The notes below the pieces were generated by a model. It saw only the letters and a list, made by a program, of their open reading frames with translations, was not told the origin of the DNA and searched no databases. DNA of 64,000 nt from Octopus vulgaris (Eukaryota): NCBI GenBank assembly GCA_951406725.2, contig OX597816.1:92256001-92320000 (forward strand), in the 5' to 3' direction. The translations under genes and the position numbers were made by a program. Shown here piece after piece: positions 1-13,059 of this stretch (the first letter of the stretch is position 1; each line of letters opens with the position of its first letter).

Positions 1-160
1 ATCAGAGTATACAAAGGAGCCATGAGGAAATATGAAACTATTATTTGTAACATAGACACACACGGGTATACGCATGCGCAAATAAAGACATTTGCAACAG
101 GAATACAAAATGGCAGATCGTCAGGAAGGAGAGACACAAGAAATAAAAGAAGAAAGCAAA

Positions 161-205
161 GGACCACTGATGACGTCACAAAAGTGTGACGAAAGAACTC
201 TGGCC
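161..205 (+). ncRNA. Type I hammerhead ribozyme motif (minimal, Penelope pLTR-like)
   Basis: ggacca-CTGATGA-c-GTCACA-aaag-TGTGAC-GAAA-g-aa-CTC-tggcc. Conserved core, perfect 6-bp stem II, one extra C after A9, very short stem III, CUC triplet, stem I cca/tgg. Confidence 0.7.
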
Positions 206-366
206 GAAATGCAATTAACATGAAGTAAAGCTGAAGCAAGCAAACACCGAATATATAGTGCGTGTGCTTTCATAGGCTAAATTGGCAACATGACAATCCC
301 CAAATACAACAATATCTGTTTCAAAACGTGTTCACTCCAAGAATCTTGCAAAACGAATACATAAAC

Positions 367-425
<59 letters not shown>

Positions 426-454
426 TGAGTGTATGTTATTATTGTTAACAACAA

Positions 455-576
455 CAATAGTAATAATAATAATCCTTTCTACTATAGACAATGGCTAAAA
501 TTTTGGGGAATGAGGATGGTCGATGACATCAACCCCTAGGGTTCCACATCCGAAGGGATGAAAAGTAAAGTCGACA
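455..576 (-). mobile_element. Partial tRNA-derived SINE (family C)
   Basis: Shares 'gatgaaaagtaaagtcgac' and 'gtcgatgacatc' blocks with the copies at 39003-39217 and 49205-49420. Confidence 0.55.
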
Positions 577-1240
577 ATGCATGATCTTGCGAGACTTTAT
601 GTTGGAAGAAGAAATAAAGGAGGTAGAAGATTAATAAGTTGTGAAGAAAACAACATAGCTTGGTACCTAAAAAATATAAAAGGTAACTTTATGCCAAAAG
701 TAGGAGAACTTGACACACTGAAAACAACTGATATACTAACAGTGAATCAATATAAGAAGAGAGTGAAAAAAGAGTACAAATTTATGCACGAGTAGTACAT
801 TAGAGATAAGTAGGCATTGATTGAGAAGAGAGTTAGTTGTGGCTTTAAATGGCGATCTGTAAGGATGCACTGAAGTTCTGGTGTGCAACAACCAGGCAGA
901 CTCTCTGAACTAACTACATTAAGCATCATGTTGACAAAACGAATGAATCATCATTATGTAGAATGTGTGGAACAAAAGGAGAAGTGATCAGCTATCTTGT
1001 AAGGGAATGTGCTAAGCTGGCACTGCGAAAGTACGGCATGATAATGTTGCCAGATGTATCCACTGGATGATATCTGACAAATGTAGCTTTGTCAGAGCAG
1101 CTAAATGATGTGAGTAGAAACCAGAAAGAAGTGTTAGAGAATGATAAACTTAAGCCTTTGAGGCACTTCACCATTCAATATGATAAGATAATTAAAGCAA
1201 GAGGACCAGACATTGTATTTGTGAACAAGAAAGAAAAACA
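577..1240 (+). mobile_element. Degenerate R4/Dong-like RLE non-LTR retrotransposon fragment
   Basis: Post-RT motif DLARLYVGRRNKGGRRLIS; zinc knuckle CRMCGTKGEVISYLVREC; RHDNVARCIHW; RLE start ARGPDIVFVNK. Frameshifts and stops present. Confidence 0.8.
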
Positions 1241-1547
1241 GGCCCCTTTGAGCTGAGTGGGTTACTCGACCAGAAGAAATTTGTAAGTGGGCCCCACCTG
1301 CAAGGTCATGTGCTGTTTATCTTGATATGAGATCACCATGTCATGCACATATGGTTGTGATACATTTGCCTGGTGTACCCTTATCACACGGGTAGTCAAG
1401 ATGGGTATACTGGGCTTCGTATATTATACCCCAGTGTCATGCACAACTCTCTCGATAATAATAATAATAATTTAAATAATAATAATAATAAGCACATAAG
1501 AACAAGCACGGAGAAATATACAATATGAAGCTGTAGAATATGTGATT

Positions 1548-1615
1548 ATGGAGAAGAAACAACAAATCATATTCTTTCTGGTTCCCAAGTCCTAAGAGGG
1601 AATATGGGAATATAC

Positions 1616-1666
<51 letters not shown>

Positions 1667-1739
1667 TATATATATATTTCTTCATTCTTAGCCAGGACTA
1701 GGGAAACAGAAAGAATATGATTTGTTGTTTCTTCTCCAT
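1548..1739. repeat. 46-bp inverted repeat flanking a (CA)n/(TA)n tract
   Basis: 1548-1593 atggagaagaaacaacaaatcatattctttctg..agtcct is the near-exact reverse complement of 1694-1739. Confidence 0.85.
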
Positions 1740-1759
1740 CAATATATATATATATATAT

Positions 1760-2080
1760 TTACCCTTTTACTCTTTTACTTGTTTCAGTCATTTGACTGC
1801 GGCAATGCTGGAGCACCGCTAAGTAACGGGGACAGAAACACACCAGCATCGATTGTCAAGCAATGCTAGGGGGACAAACACAAACACACACACGCATATA
1901 TATATACATACATATATACGACGGCCTTCTTTTCAGTTTCCGTCGACCAAATCCACTCACAAGGCTTTGGTCGGCCCGAGGCTATAGTAGAAGACATTTG
2001 CCCAAGGTGCCACGCAGTGGGACTGAACCCGGAACCATGTGGTTGGTAAACAAGCTACTTACCACATAGCCACTCCTGCG

Positions 2081-2083
<3 letters not shown>
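1760..2083 (-). mobile_element. tRNA-derived SINE (family A)
   Basis: Minus-strand head aggcgcaggagtggctatgtggtaag (A box) and gggttcagtccc (B box); internal TA/CA tract; 'aagtaaaagagtaaaag' tail; near-identical to 23925-24325 and 45060-45463. Confidence 0.9.
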
Positions 2084-2140
<57 letters not shown>

Positions 2141-2392
2141 CAACTCTTTGCGAGAAGATTTAGCTGAGGGAAACTGAAAGAATCTTGTCGTATATATGTG
2201 TCTGTAAGTGTGATATATTAGATAGATAGATAGATACACACACGCATACACGTACGTCTCTCTATATATACATGTATATATATATATGTATAAATGTATG
2301 TATATATATAAATATACATATGTATATATATGTATATATATATATATGCATATATACACGCATCCATACGTAAATATACATGAATATATATA

Positions 2393-2432
<40 letters not shown>

Positions 2433-2663
2433 CGGTAGAGAGATAGATAGATAGATGGATAAATATATACATACATATATATCTTCACATATATTCCATA
2501 TATAGAGATAGATAGATAGACAGACCAGACAGACGTATAGACAGAGAAGACAGACACAGAAGACAAACAGACAGACAGAGAGACTGTATGTTTTTTAAGA
2601 ATATATATATTCTTTAAAAATATTGTTTAAATATATTTGCTTGTTTATTTAACTATTATCTTT

Positions 2664-2761
2664 AACCTGAAGATTGACTATAACCATAATTCGAATTATT
2701 AATTGAATTTAAATTATTGTAATTCGAATTAGGTTATGGGCATGAAACGTACGTAGTGGTT
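2664..2761 (+). ncRNA. Type I hammerhead ribozyme motif with long AT-rich stem II
   Basis: aac-CTGAAGA-[ataacc-ataattcgaatta...taattcgaatta-ggttat hairpin]-GAAAC-GTAC-GTA-gtggtt. Palindromic stem III loop; base of stem II is imperfect. Confidence 0.6.
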
Positions 2762-2998
2762 TTACTTTTATTATCTTATATTAAGCTTTTTAATACTTTT
2801 TGATAGTTATATATATTTTAAAAAAATTATAAATATAAATTAATAATTTAAATTTTAAATTTAAATAATTCAAATTTTAAAATTTTATACTTTATGTATT
2901 TTGTATATTATATTAATTATTTTTATTTTTATGTTTTGGTCTATGTTTTTCATTGTTTGATTTGCCTAATAGTGGTTTTATCTCTAATTTAATTTATA

Positions 2999-3049
<51 letters not shown>

Positions 3050-3257
3050 CTCTATGTGATCAGCTTGAAAAAGATATTAAGATATTTTTATTAACATGAA
3101 ACCATTGGTAGACCGGATACACAAATAAAGAAATTCGTTCCAGCATTCACGTCGTTCGAACTATGTACCAAGTTTGATATTTTCGTAATATTGTTGTGTG
3201 TATATATTATTCGCACCTAACGAGGTGCCTCAATTTAAGTACCTAATTTAACTGGAT

Positions 3258-3322
<65 letters not shown>

Positions 3323-3934
3323 ATATAATTTCAGAGTTATGATCTCTTCTAAAGGAAATGTAAAGAGAAAAGGTGTTGATAACTAATCACACTGTTTGTC
3401 GTGTGTATGTGTATGTGTGTGTATGAAGGGTTGCTTTTGCGTTGCAACGCATCCGCATAAGCCAGCAAATTTCAGTGCTAACATATATTGTACATACTAC
3501 TCCAGTTTGTATGTATGTATGTATGTATGTATGTATGTATGTATGTATGTATGTATGTATGCATGCAAGCATGTATGTATGCATGTATGTATGTATGTAT
3601 GTATATATGTATGTACGTATTTGCGTGTGTATGTGTGTATGTGTAACATGTATGTGTAACATGTAGGTGCGTAGCTTATACACAAGAAAGTGTGAAATCA
3701 GATTGTATGAGGGTAGAAATATTTGTGCAAACACACATACATACAGGCTGATACACCCATACATATGCACAAACCTTAGCTATCTATCTCTATCTATCTA
3801 TATATCTATCTATCTATACATATATGTATATATATATATATATTCGTGTATATTTACATATGGATGTGTGTATAAATGCATATATATGTATAAATATGTA
3901 TGTATATATATATAAATATATGTATATATATATA

Positions 3935-3997
<63 letters not shown>

Positions 3998-4093
3998 TAT
4001 ACATATATATATATTTATATATATACATACATATTTATATATATATATATATATACACGTATATATAGAGTGACGTATGCGTATGCGTGTTTG

Positions 4094-4154
<61 letters not shown>

Positions 4155-4557
4155 CTCTAATATATTACACTCACAGGTACATATACATGTATGCACAAAT
4201 ATAAATATAGACGTTATGCTATACTTAATACCAAAAACTATAAAATTTGAATATTGCTTCTACCAAATCAAAATTTAATATAATTTTTAATGACTAGCCT
4301 ACTATTTTTGCCTTACACAGCTATTTTTAACCACGCGATAAAACCGGTTAAAACGCAACATTCGTAGATTCACCCATCTCAGTCGAAAATAACTGCATAA
4401 CCTTGGCTGTAGCTGCCACTTTAAAATAATACAATGTAGACATGAGCTATAGACATCAACTAAATTCAACCAGACCTTTTTCGTCACTGTGCATATATGA
4501 CATCATTAGCAATATAATTTCTCTTCTTTTCCGTTCCGTCCTCCCGTTTTGGAACTG

Positions 4558-4635
<78 letters not shown>

Positions 4636-4655
4636 CATTATTATTATTATTATTA

Positions 4656-4716
<61 letters not shown>
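4558..4716. repeat. (TAT/TAA)n microsatellite
   Basis: Directly visible trinucleotide run. Confidence 0.97.
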
Positions 4717-5778
4717 CTTTTTTTAATTCAAATTTTCTTCCATTTCTTGCCGAGTGTCTTCCCGACTCCTAGGGCAAAGAAACTCATAGTATACATTGGT
4801 AGGCCATTAAACTAAACTCACTAGTTCGTTCATTTTTTTTTAAAGTTAAATTAAAATACATGGGTAGTAATAGTTCTCACATCGACAATGCTCTTCTCAA
4901 TACGTGTGATGTACCAGTTAAGACAATTTTTTGCACTTCTTGCAGGGATGGTAAGCCAGGGATCATTCTCATATAATTTTCGGTTCCCTTCTTGATCATT
5001 CCTAGTGCTCCTACGATCACTGGTATTGTAACCGCCTTGAGATGCCACATTTTCTCAATTTCAATGAGCAGGTCTTTATATTTTCTGAGCTTGTCAAACT
5101 CTTTCGCCGAGATATTATGATCACAGGGGATGCTCATGTCGATCAATAAGCAAACTTTATTGTTTTGGTCTTTCACAACAATATCTGGTTTATTGGCTTT
5201 GATGGTTCGGTCTGTATGTACTGGAAAGTTCTACAGAATCGTTACATTTTCTCCTTCAGTTACAGCTTCAGGGTGGTGATTATACCACTTGTCGGCAGTT
5301 TTGATATTGTAATGCCGACTTATTAGCACGTGTAGATATTGGCCAACTCTGTCATGTCTTAATTTATACTCCACTGGTGCTAAGACTTTACATCCAGAGA
5401 TTAGGTGGTCCACTGTTTCAATCATGTCGTTGCAGAATCGGCATTTTGGGTCTGCTCCATTTTTCATCACATTGGCCTGGTAGATCCGGGTTAATAGGCT
5501 TTGATCTTGAGAAACCTTCGCTCTCTGCCTTTAGCCCTGAGCTCCGTAGCCACGGGTGGGTTTGCTTCTGATCAACATCAGCTTGTTTGCCGCGGGCCAC
5601 ATATTTGCCGTGCAGAGGTTTCTCCCCCCACCTATCAGCCAATTGCTCGTGCGCTTTTTTCGTTGCCATCATTTTCACCTTCTTTGCAACAATAGTTGCC
5701 GTATTTCCCTCGGGTTGTTCAGTTTGGGTATCCTGCACGAGATCAATAGCAATTTTTTTGTTTTCCTTTATGATAGAA
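4717..5778 (-). mobile_element. 5'-truncated Dong/R4-like RLE LINE inserted in (TAA)n
   Basis: KPLHGKY; CRFCNDMIETVDHLISGC (CCHC knuckle); RHDRV; KPDIVVKD and LIDMSIPCD..K..KYKDL (RLE); PVIVGALG; 3' UTR runs into (TAA)n; (TAA)n also on the 5' side. Confidence 0.92.
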
Positions 5779-5844
<66 letters not shown>

Positions 5845-5904
5845 CATTATTATATCATTATTATTATTATTGTTGTTGTTGTTGTTATTATTATCATCAT
5901 CTTC

Positions 5905-6365
5905 TGCGAACCGTTAGCATGCCGAGAAAAATGCCTTGCGGCGTTTCGTCCGTCTTTATGTTCCAAGTTCAAACTTGACTTTGCTCTTTAATCGTTGCAG
6001 GATTGCTCTCTGACAGGTTCATGGTCGAGTATGTGGCAGTTGAGACCTCCTCCGGTGTTCTCGGTCCCGGGCCATATCACTGCTCACCACTATCAGGGCA
6101 GAGATGGCTATTCGCAAGGGCAAACCCAGTGAGTCAGAATGGCTGTCCCAGCTCATCTCCTTCGCGATCCTCCGAAGCAACACATTTTCCATTTTGTCCG
6201 CTGGGGCCATGAGGTGGTCTGACCCTCCGGGAAAATGTACGTTCCACGCCTTAATGTAAAGTTACTCCATTAATGTATGTAGGCTTAAACTATTATATGT
6301 ACCATTCAAATACTGGGGTCGATTTAATCGGCTACTCACAAATTTGCTGGTTTGACGCCAAAACT
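5905..6365 (+). mobile_element. SINE family C split by a GC-rich insert (about 6000-6260, possible LINE RT fragment on the minus strand)
   Basis: 5' half (gaaccgttagcatgccgagaaaaatgc..gttcaaa) at 5905-6000; 3' half (tactggggtcgatttaatcg) at about 6290-6365. Insert translates ADKMENVLLRRI, resembling the RT KxxExxxxxRI motif. Confidence 0.5.
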
Positions 6366-6379
6366 CGAAAATGGCATTA

Positions 6380-6530
6380 TTATTCGTTTCGCGTTCTGGG
6401 TTCAAATTCCGCCGATGTCGACTTTGTCTTTTATTCTTTCGGGGTCGATGCAATAATGTGTTCGATATAGTCGGCTTACCTTCCTCCCCCAAATTTCTTG
6501 CTTTGTGTCTACAGTAGAAAGGATTATCAT
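6380..6530 (+). mobile_element. SINE family C, partial
   Basis: gttctgggttcaaattccgccgatgtcgactttgtcttttattctttcggggtcgat matches 49205-49420. Confidence 0.75.
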
Positions 6531-6944
6531 TTCTGTCGTTCACTCAGTATTTCATTGTTGTTCTGCCGATGCTAGATTGTTAAATATGAAACTTCACGCT
6601 GCATCTTTCATTATTTTACGCTTTTCTTATAGTTGTCTCAAGCAAACAGTATTTCTAAGGATCAGGAAATTTATGCCTTCCACATTTAGTTTCTTGATAT
6701 ATATTGCCCTGATATATATTGCTCTGATGTCTTGACCCTGCACATACACAACCAAGCTTTCCGTCACTTTCTTTAATACTCCTATCGTTAGCCATTACGA
6801 TAATCTTCAGTCCTTTGAAAAACAATTCCCTGTAAACTTTCCCCTTCGTAATGTTCCTTTCTACTTTCGAGAATTTTATGATTTTTTTCTTCCGACTAAG
6901 ACCTCTTCTTACTGCTATCAAGTATACCTCATCACTCTCATAAC

Positions 6945-7440
6945 CTATAATTGAAGGTAGAAGGTAGGAGGCCCCGCTGTTACTTGCGTGGCAGGGAAGA
7001 GCACCTAAAAACTGGTTGCCCAACAGCAAAGAAAGAACAAAAACAAAAACAAGAACAACAACCACAACAAGGAAAAAGTGAAAGGAAAAAAGAGCCCTTA
7101 CTACCCACATTCCCCATCAGCACAGAAGACAAGCAAAAGGAGTATGGCAAAAGAAACACACCAACCAAACCCACCAACATCAACAAATGAACATACAATA
7201 GCACCTCGAAGAACACCAGCAACAACAGCAAGAACTAAAGAAACAGAAAAACCAAAAGGCAATACAAAACCTGATTCCCCTTTCCCTACATCACATGCAC
7301 CACACACAAACAGTCAACAACCAATATCAACGAAAACAACAACACAACCACTTACACAAACATACATAGAAGCTTACAACATGCCCCTACCCCCTTCCGA
7401 TTCTTCAGAAAATTCGTCGGAAGACGAAAGCAGTGCTCCT
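6945..7440 (+). mobile_element. Degenerate LINE ORF1-like fragment (zinc knuckle plus low-complexity tail)
   Basis: VEGRRPRCYLRGREEHLKTGCP is a decayed Cx2Cx4Hx4C knuckle, followed by K/Q/T/P-rich sequence. Confidence 0.5.
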
Positions 7441-7479
7441 CACTTGGGAGCAATTTTTATGTTTAATTTTCTCTTTGTC

Positions 7480-8340
7480 ATGTCTTAAATTTACTATTCT
7501 TTCACACTCTTCTGACACTTGTTGTAAGGTTACAGTTTGGTTTTGTTCCAGCTTAGCCAGAGTTCTTGTGCTTAGTTCTGCCTCATTTTCTGCAGTTAGT
7601 CTGAGTAATTATCAGTCACTTGAATACATCTGGTGTTAACTCGTCCAGTTTGAACTTTTCACATTCTCTATTAACTCTACCAACATCTGTGATGTAGTCC
7701 TCCTCGTTGTTCGTTTCTAGGTTCAAATATTTCCAGAGTGTTTTGAACAACGAGCTTTTCCCAGTAAAAATTTCAATATATCTATTGTATTTTGAAAGCT
7801 TATGTCAAAAGATTTTTTTCCGGAGTACGTAATTGCTGTAATGCTCATGTTCTCCTGGTGTCAGTTTTCTTAAGATTAAACGTGTTTTCATATCATCGTC
7901 CCAATCCTTGCACTGTTTATTGAAGATGTGTTCGTATCTTCTATAGTAAGCCTCAAAGGTAACTCATTCGACTAGTTTATACTTAAATTCTGTTATCGAG
8001 TTTGCAAAATAATCTGGCGAGAAAATCTCTTTCGACATTTTTTGGACGACTTACTCTTCCTTATTTGCAACATTTGTTACTGTAATAGTAATTGTTGTTG
8101 CTGTTGCTTCTGCTATTTTTCTTGCAGTTGTAGCTGCTGCTGTTGTTATTCTTTCAGTAGTTGTTGTTGCTGTTTTTGCAACTCGAGCAAACCAGCCAAC
8201 AATTTTTCCATGTTTCCGCTTTTGCATACCGTAAAATTGGCACAAAAAACATTGGGAGTTTCGTAAATCCTTGTGAGTTTGTTAATTCCTCGTGGGTTTG
8301 TTAATTCTCCGTCACCACTGCGGTCATCCTTTCGTCGGAC
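7480..8340 (-). mobile_element. Gypsy-type LTR retrotransposon gag pseudogene with primer-binding-site region
   Basis: MEKLLAGLLELQKQQQ.., TFEAYYRRYEHIF, KTRLILRKL, SLFKTLWKYLNL, NRECEKFKLDELTPDVFK resemble K02A2.6-type gag. A PBS-like gtccgacgaaggat/tggtgacgga follows the LTR. Confidence 0.75.
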
Positions 8341-8528
8341 TGTTATAATGCCCAGTCCGGTGTAGTAGTATAGTTAGACAAATAGAACCACGACTGTCTA
8401 TGGCCGTACTCTTTATCTATACTGACATTATTTATACTGATTATCATATACTATTTGTCACGTGGGAGGGGTGTTCTATTATTACTATCACCACCATAAC
8501 ATATACATACACACACACACATATAACA
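8341..8528 (-). repeat. 5' LTR of the Gypsy element
   Basis: Bounded by TGTTATA...TATAACA (TG..CA inverted termini) directly upstream of the PBS and gag. Confidence 0.7.
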
Positions 8529-8664
8529 AAGTTATTTTATTCCATATGAGTAGAAATATAGGACAAATAGAAGTTGAAAATGCACTGAAAATAGTTTAAA
8601 TATTTATTATTATTATATTTAAAGATTTAACCGGTTTTACAGTTTACAGTGTGTATATGTGTGT

Positions 8665-8790
8665 ATAACGTTAGCACATCGGGCAAATTGCTTAGCTGTA
8701 TAACGTCCATCTCTATGTTCTGAGATCAAATTCCCCCGACGTCTATTTTGCCTTACCTCCCTTTTAGGATCGGTAAAATAAGAACCGGTA
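8665..8790 (+). mobile_element. SINE family C, degenerate
   Basis: cgttagcacatcgggcaaattgcttagc..gatcaaattcccccgacgtc matches family C. Confidence 0.6.
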
Positions 8791-10218
8791 AAATATATGT
8801 GTGTGCGCGCGTATATGTGTGTGTAATGATGTGTGTATGTGTGTGGTTATGCGTATTAAGTAGGATATAATACTGTTGCTAGATAATTCACAGTGTGTTG
8901 TATGCGAGTGTTACGTTATCTGTCAGAATTTGTATGAGTGGGGAGAGGTGAGTTTCGTTTTGGTAGGAATGGCATCGAAAAAGGATGCAATTAGCGAAAA
9001 TGCTGATAATCCCCAATCGAAAGAAAATGATAGGTAACATAAAAATACAAGAGAAGGCAATGAACGAATTTTCAATTTATATGTTCATATATGTGTACGT
9101 GTGTATCAGAGAGCAAGAGAAATGGAGAGAGAAAGAGAGGGGAATGGGGAAGAGAAGAATAAATATTAAGATGAGGGAAGATGAACGAAGGAAATAAAAT
9201 GCAACACGGTTTAGTCAAAATAACTACTAATTTCTTATTAAAGAGAGCCAGCTAGAAAGAGGACAGTTTGATCAGAGAACAGCAATAGACAATAAAGAAT
9301 ATAAATTTGTGTGATAAGCATCCAATTATGAATTGAATAGTGACTACCAATCAACTCATGATTGCCCCATTAGAAAGAAGAAGGAAATACTTCACTGGGA
9401 AGTATGTAAAGATGAGTGTATATGCAAATTGGTTCTGTTCCAAATAAAAAAAAAAATTATAATCTATAGAGTTGGTAGCCCTATTCTCAACATTATTGTA
9501 AATCAGACAGTAATTTCTTTCCACCCTGTATAGACTACTAACAATTGGTGTACTTATACAGCTCTTAGCTAGTCAAATAAGCATTTTTTTTCTTTTTCCA
9601 TATTATATTTGCATTATGTTCGACACATCTCGTGCATAAAAGGAGAGCGATATAAAAGAAGCCAATTTCACATACACAAAGGCGCACACTTGCGCACACA
9701 CACGCGCTCACACATATAATATATATTTTATGCACAACGAAAGCTTTGAAAGAATGTATGTACATTCTTACTTTTAACAAGCACAAGATTTCCAATATTT
9801 AAACTTCATAGTCAATATTCAAACTTCATAGGAAACTCCGTAGTAATTATAATGTTACTTAACGACTTTGAATTCGATATTTTGTATGAAATTTCAACAC
9901 GGAGGGGATAGCAAAATGAAGGAGCTGAAGAAGAATGAAAATAGCTTGAGAAAGCGCTAGTGTAGATGAAAAACATAGCTTTAAGCTACTGTACGAGAAT
10001 ATGAAGAACAAATGTAATGTGCAACGAAACGTTTACCTCTATGAGCGAACAAAGAAGAGCAGAGTAATCCTAGAAGAGTCACATAAGGTTACAAAGAAAT
10101 TTCTCATTGAAGCAATGACTAGTATTTTAAGAGGTGCATATAAAGAACTTATTGCTCACACACAAGACGCCTACTGGGACTCAAAATTGGTACCATATAT
10201 TTCAATCTATAAACCCCC

Positions 10219-10249
<31 letters not shown>

Positions 10250-10414
10250 TTATACACACATACATAAGTGGGTGACTTTGTGAGAGAAGAAAGGCAAAAA
10301 AAACAGAAAAAAGAATGCCACAAGAGTTGACGGCATCTCATAAAATTTGTAAGTATTGTGATAATCAGCGAAAGAAACCCTGGTGATAAGAACCTCTAGT
10401 AGATGATTAGTATA

Positions 10415-10844
<430 letters not shown>

Positions 10845-10871
10845 ACACACACACACACATATACATATATA

Positions 10872-12135
10872 CAAAAGTCGGACGAAATCATGGAAACACC
10901 TTAAAATTCCAAACAAATTAATTTTAATATGAGGTAGGACCGCATTTGGCAGTAATTGCAGCTTGAATTCTATAAGGTATGGACTCGTACAAAGTTTGAA
11001 TTGTTTCCAAAGGAAAGTTTGTCCGTTCTGCAGCTAAAACAGTCTCCAGTTCTTGTAGTGATGTTAGTGAAGGATATCGACACCTTACTTGCTTTTCGAA
11101 AATGTACCATAAATGTTCAATAATATTGAAATCTGGGGACTGTGGTGTCCAGATAAGATTTCAACTTTACGAGAATGTTCCTCGTGTCATTCAGTAACAG
11201 TTTTAGCTTTGTGAATTGGTGCATTATCATCCTGAAAGATTGTGTTTCCCTCTGGAAACAGTTCCGCAATCATAGGATGAATTTGATCAGAAAAAATGCT
11301 TAAATAGTCTTGACTATTAATTCTGCCATGAAGGGAAACCATTGGGCCGGCGGATTTCCAAGATATTGTCTCCCACCATCATCAGAGATCCTCCTCCATG
11401 TGTAACAGTTGGAAGAAGGCAGTCTGGGTCAAATGCTTCTTTTGGCTGTCTCCACACGTATACTCGGCCGGTAGTCAGAAATAAAGTAAAGGATGACTCA
11501 TCTGAGAAAATAACATTCTTCCACTACTCTAGGGACCAATTCTGTAGGTTTTACTCCACTCTAAGCGCTTTGCAAAGTTTGTTGTTGAAAGTAATGGTTT
11601 TCTGATTGCAGCCCTCTCGTGAAATCAGGCTTTGCGCAGCTCCCGGCGAACGGTTTTTGTGGAAACTGGGTTCTCAAGGTGGTCAATAAACTCTGCAGTA
11701 ATTTTGGGAGCTGTAATTTTGTGATCCTTTCTAGCAATTTTTGTAAGAGTCCAGCGGTCCCTATCTGAAAGTTTTGGTTTTCTTCCGGATTTTTGTTTCG
11801 ATGAGGGGGGTTTTCCCTCTTTCTTGAAGGCTGTCATTACTTTCGAGACAGTCCTTGATACACCAATGATTTCGGCTGTTTTCATTACGATAGCGCCCTC
11901 TGTATGAGCGCCAACAATTTGACCTTTTTGAAAGTCCGATAGATGTGTAATTTTAATGAATTTAATTACCTTTCCTGATGATATCAGAAAAGAAACATCA
12001 ATTTTAGCAAAACATATTAAACAGGACTAATAATAAATCAGAAACAAAAATAAACAAGCTTTTAACGGTTTTATAGGCATTTCAAAATTACGATGCTATG
12101 ATGCTAGGTGTTTCCATTATTTAATCCAACCCCTG
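10872..12135 (-). mobile_element. Tc1-family DNA transposon, full length, defective transposase
   Basis: TIRs ca..gtcggacgaaatcatggaaacacct / aggtgtttccattatttaatccaacccctg with TA on both sides. HTH (SGRKPKLSDRD), FSDESSF, FQDDNAPIHKAK, PQSPDFNIIEHLW. Confidence 0.92.
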
Positions 12136-13059
12136 TATATATAAACACACACACACATATATATATAGACGGGGTGTGGTATCATCAAGCCGTAACAGCT
12201 AAGACGCATGCTAATTATTATAAAGTTCTTATTCATAAGATGCTGGCAATACCAAATATGTTGTTGCGCTCACCAGACCGTGAAATCTAAACAACACAAT
12301 CATTGGTTAAATAAGATACAACATACTGGAGCCCGCTGAAGAGTATTTAATGAAATAATTCTAACATTCCACTACAGTAATCAATTGTAAAACATATGAC
12401 AACCTTCTTTGTCATGGTCAATGCAACGATCACACGCTACACACCTTCCTTCTAAGCACTACTGTACACAGCGGAAGTGAGCTACAACGTTAAATCTTAG
12501 TGCACATGCAGAACAGTGTTCAAGTTCAATCTGTGCCGAGCGGCTTTACTCTGCATGCTTTAGCTTCGTTACTATAGCAACAGCCCGGATACTTATTGAT
12601 CAGACCTCCTATGTATGTGTATGTGTTTGCTTGTTTGTGACTCATGCATAGTCACCAGCGCATAGAATCAATGAATTATATTCATTGTTTCTCTCACACA
12701 GGAACAATCTCAGTAACTTCGATATAACTTGAAGTTGTTTTCATAATTAATCAAATATCTATATTGAAGTGTTTCTTAAGACAAGTTTTTAAAAACTAAT
12801 TTCTGCTTTTGTTTCTTTTAGAATTACAGAAATTTGAGATGTGTTCATGAAGAAAGTAAATATGTAATTATTATCTTAGGTATATAATTTTATTACAAAC
12901 ATTCAGATTCACATCGATAGATGATATTTTCTTTAAACAAAATAAATGAAATTCGTTTGCATTAACAATTAATATAGATTTACGTATAAAATGGAAAAAA
13001 AATATTTTCACACTACACATTTTTTTGTATTATTGTTTCAGCTAGAATCTTTTAGGTTT

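Noticed and set aside
1241-1450. GC-balanced segment after the LINE fragment
   Set aside because: Looks like a dispersed repeat, but there is no second copy or motif in the window to classify it.
3055-3260. 'gaaaccattggta' and a gcacct/aggtgc hairpin as a hammerhead
   Set aside because: No CUGANGA box upstream; at best a decayed pLTR.
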